DNA from: Takakia lepidozioides
Lineage: Eukaryota; Plantae; Bryophyta
NCBI GenBank assembly: GCA_030704615.1
Contig: CM060734.1
Span: 16,864,001-16,928,000 of the forward strand
Direction: 5' to 3'
Length of the DNA stretch: 64,000 nucleotides
Below the pieces are notes generated by a model. It was not told the DNA's origin, ran no database searches, and was given only the letters and a program-made list of their open reading frames with translations. A program made the position numbers and the translations under genes. How positions within the stretch are numbered: the first letter of the stretch is position 1; each line of letters begins with the position of its first letter. Positions 63,501-64,000 of the stretch are shown here, piece after piece.

Positions 63501-64000
63501 CTCACCTGCTCATCAGCTGTGATTGTCCAACCATTCACCACTTCATCCTGTAAACTCATAGTGGCTGGTTCCTCTAGGATTTCCATTTCTCCCTCTCTTT
63601 CTTCATAGAAATGTGGTGGGTAACTGCTTGTTTCACCTTCAATTGGTGTTGCTGTCCCTACACCACAGCAGATACATTTTAAACAACTTAGGCATTCCAG
63701 CTGCATCTCTGCAACCTGCTCCCACTTTGGGTGTACAGCGAACAGGGTAGCTTCCTGCTCCTCATCAAGTCCTCCCCTCCAGTCATACTCCCTGACCCCT
63801 CGCGGTCTTCTCGTAGCAGGTAATCTACTAGATTTCTTAGTGGTAATTTGTATCTTGTGCATCCCATCATGCACAGTTAGTAACTGGGAATTCCAGTCAT
63901 GGAATACCCTGGCCTGTTTCTGTCACGGATGTCCCAACAATAAGGAGTAAGCTTCCATGACTTCATCCATTTTCAACACAGTTACTGTGATCATAAAGAT
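57589..64000 (-). mobile_element. Ty3/Gypsy G5 (same family as G1-G3): pol, partial 3' ORF and partial 3' LTR; continues beyond window
   Basis: RT 62644-63429, RH 61939-62472, INT 60944-61843, extra ORF 58330-60128, and LTR end at 57589. A deletion near 58335 fuses the ORF to the LTR repeats. Confidence 0.95.

Overview
Repeat-dense window from a land-plant nuclear genome, probably a bryophyte-grade plant (inferred from the moss-Phygy-like Ty3/Gypsy RT and the PLS-type PPR fragments). Most of it is nested, decayed retroelements: five pieces of Ty3/Gypsy (G1-G5), a Copia remnant, several LINE pieces and a PPR/LINE mosaic. The key structure is an 18,721-bp Mutator-like (MULE) DNA element at 22917-41637. 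It has short TIRs and an exact 8-bp target-site duplication (CATTCATG), and it splits one Gypsy LTR into two halves that rejoin cleanly. Inside it are an essentially complete intron-containing GT-2/GTL1-type trihelix transcription factor gene with its upstream region, a multi-exon zinc-finger/Ulp1-protease gene, a MULE transposase with a GCM/WRKY-like Zn domain, and a 2-kb array of 30-36-bp palindromes. A second, inverted partial copy of this family (14470-20429) has a spliced gene with a ParB/Sulfiredoxin-like DGNHR motif on the far side of the same palindrome array. This suggests a transposon-encoded ParB-like protein paired with a parS-like or VANDAL-like motif array, which is a hypothesis only. 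All calls come from reading the sequence by eye, with no database searches.
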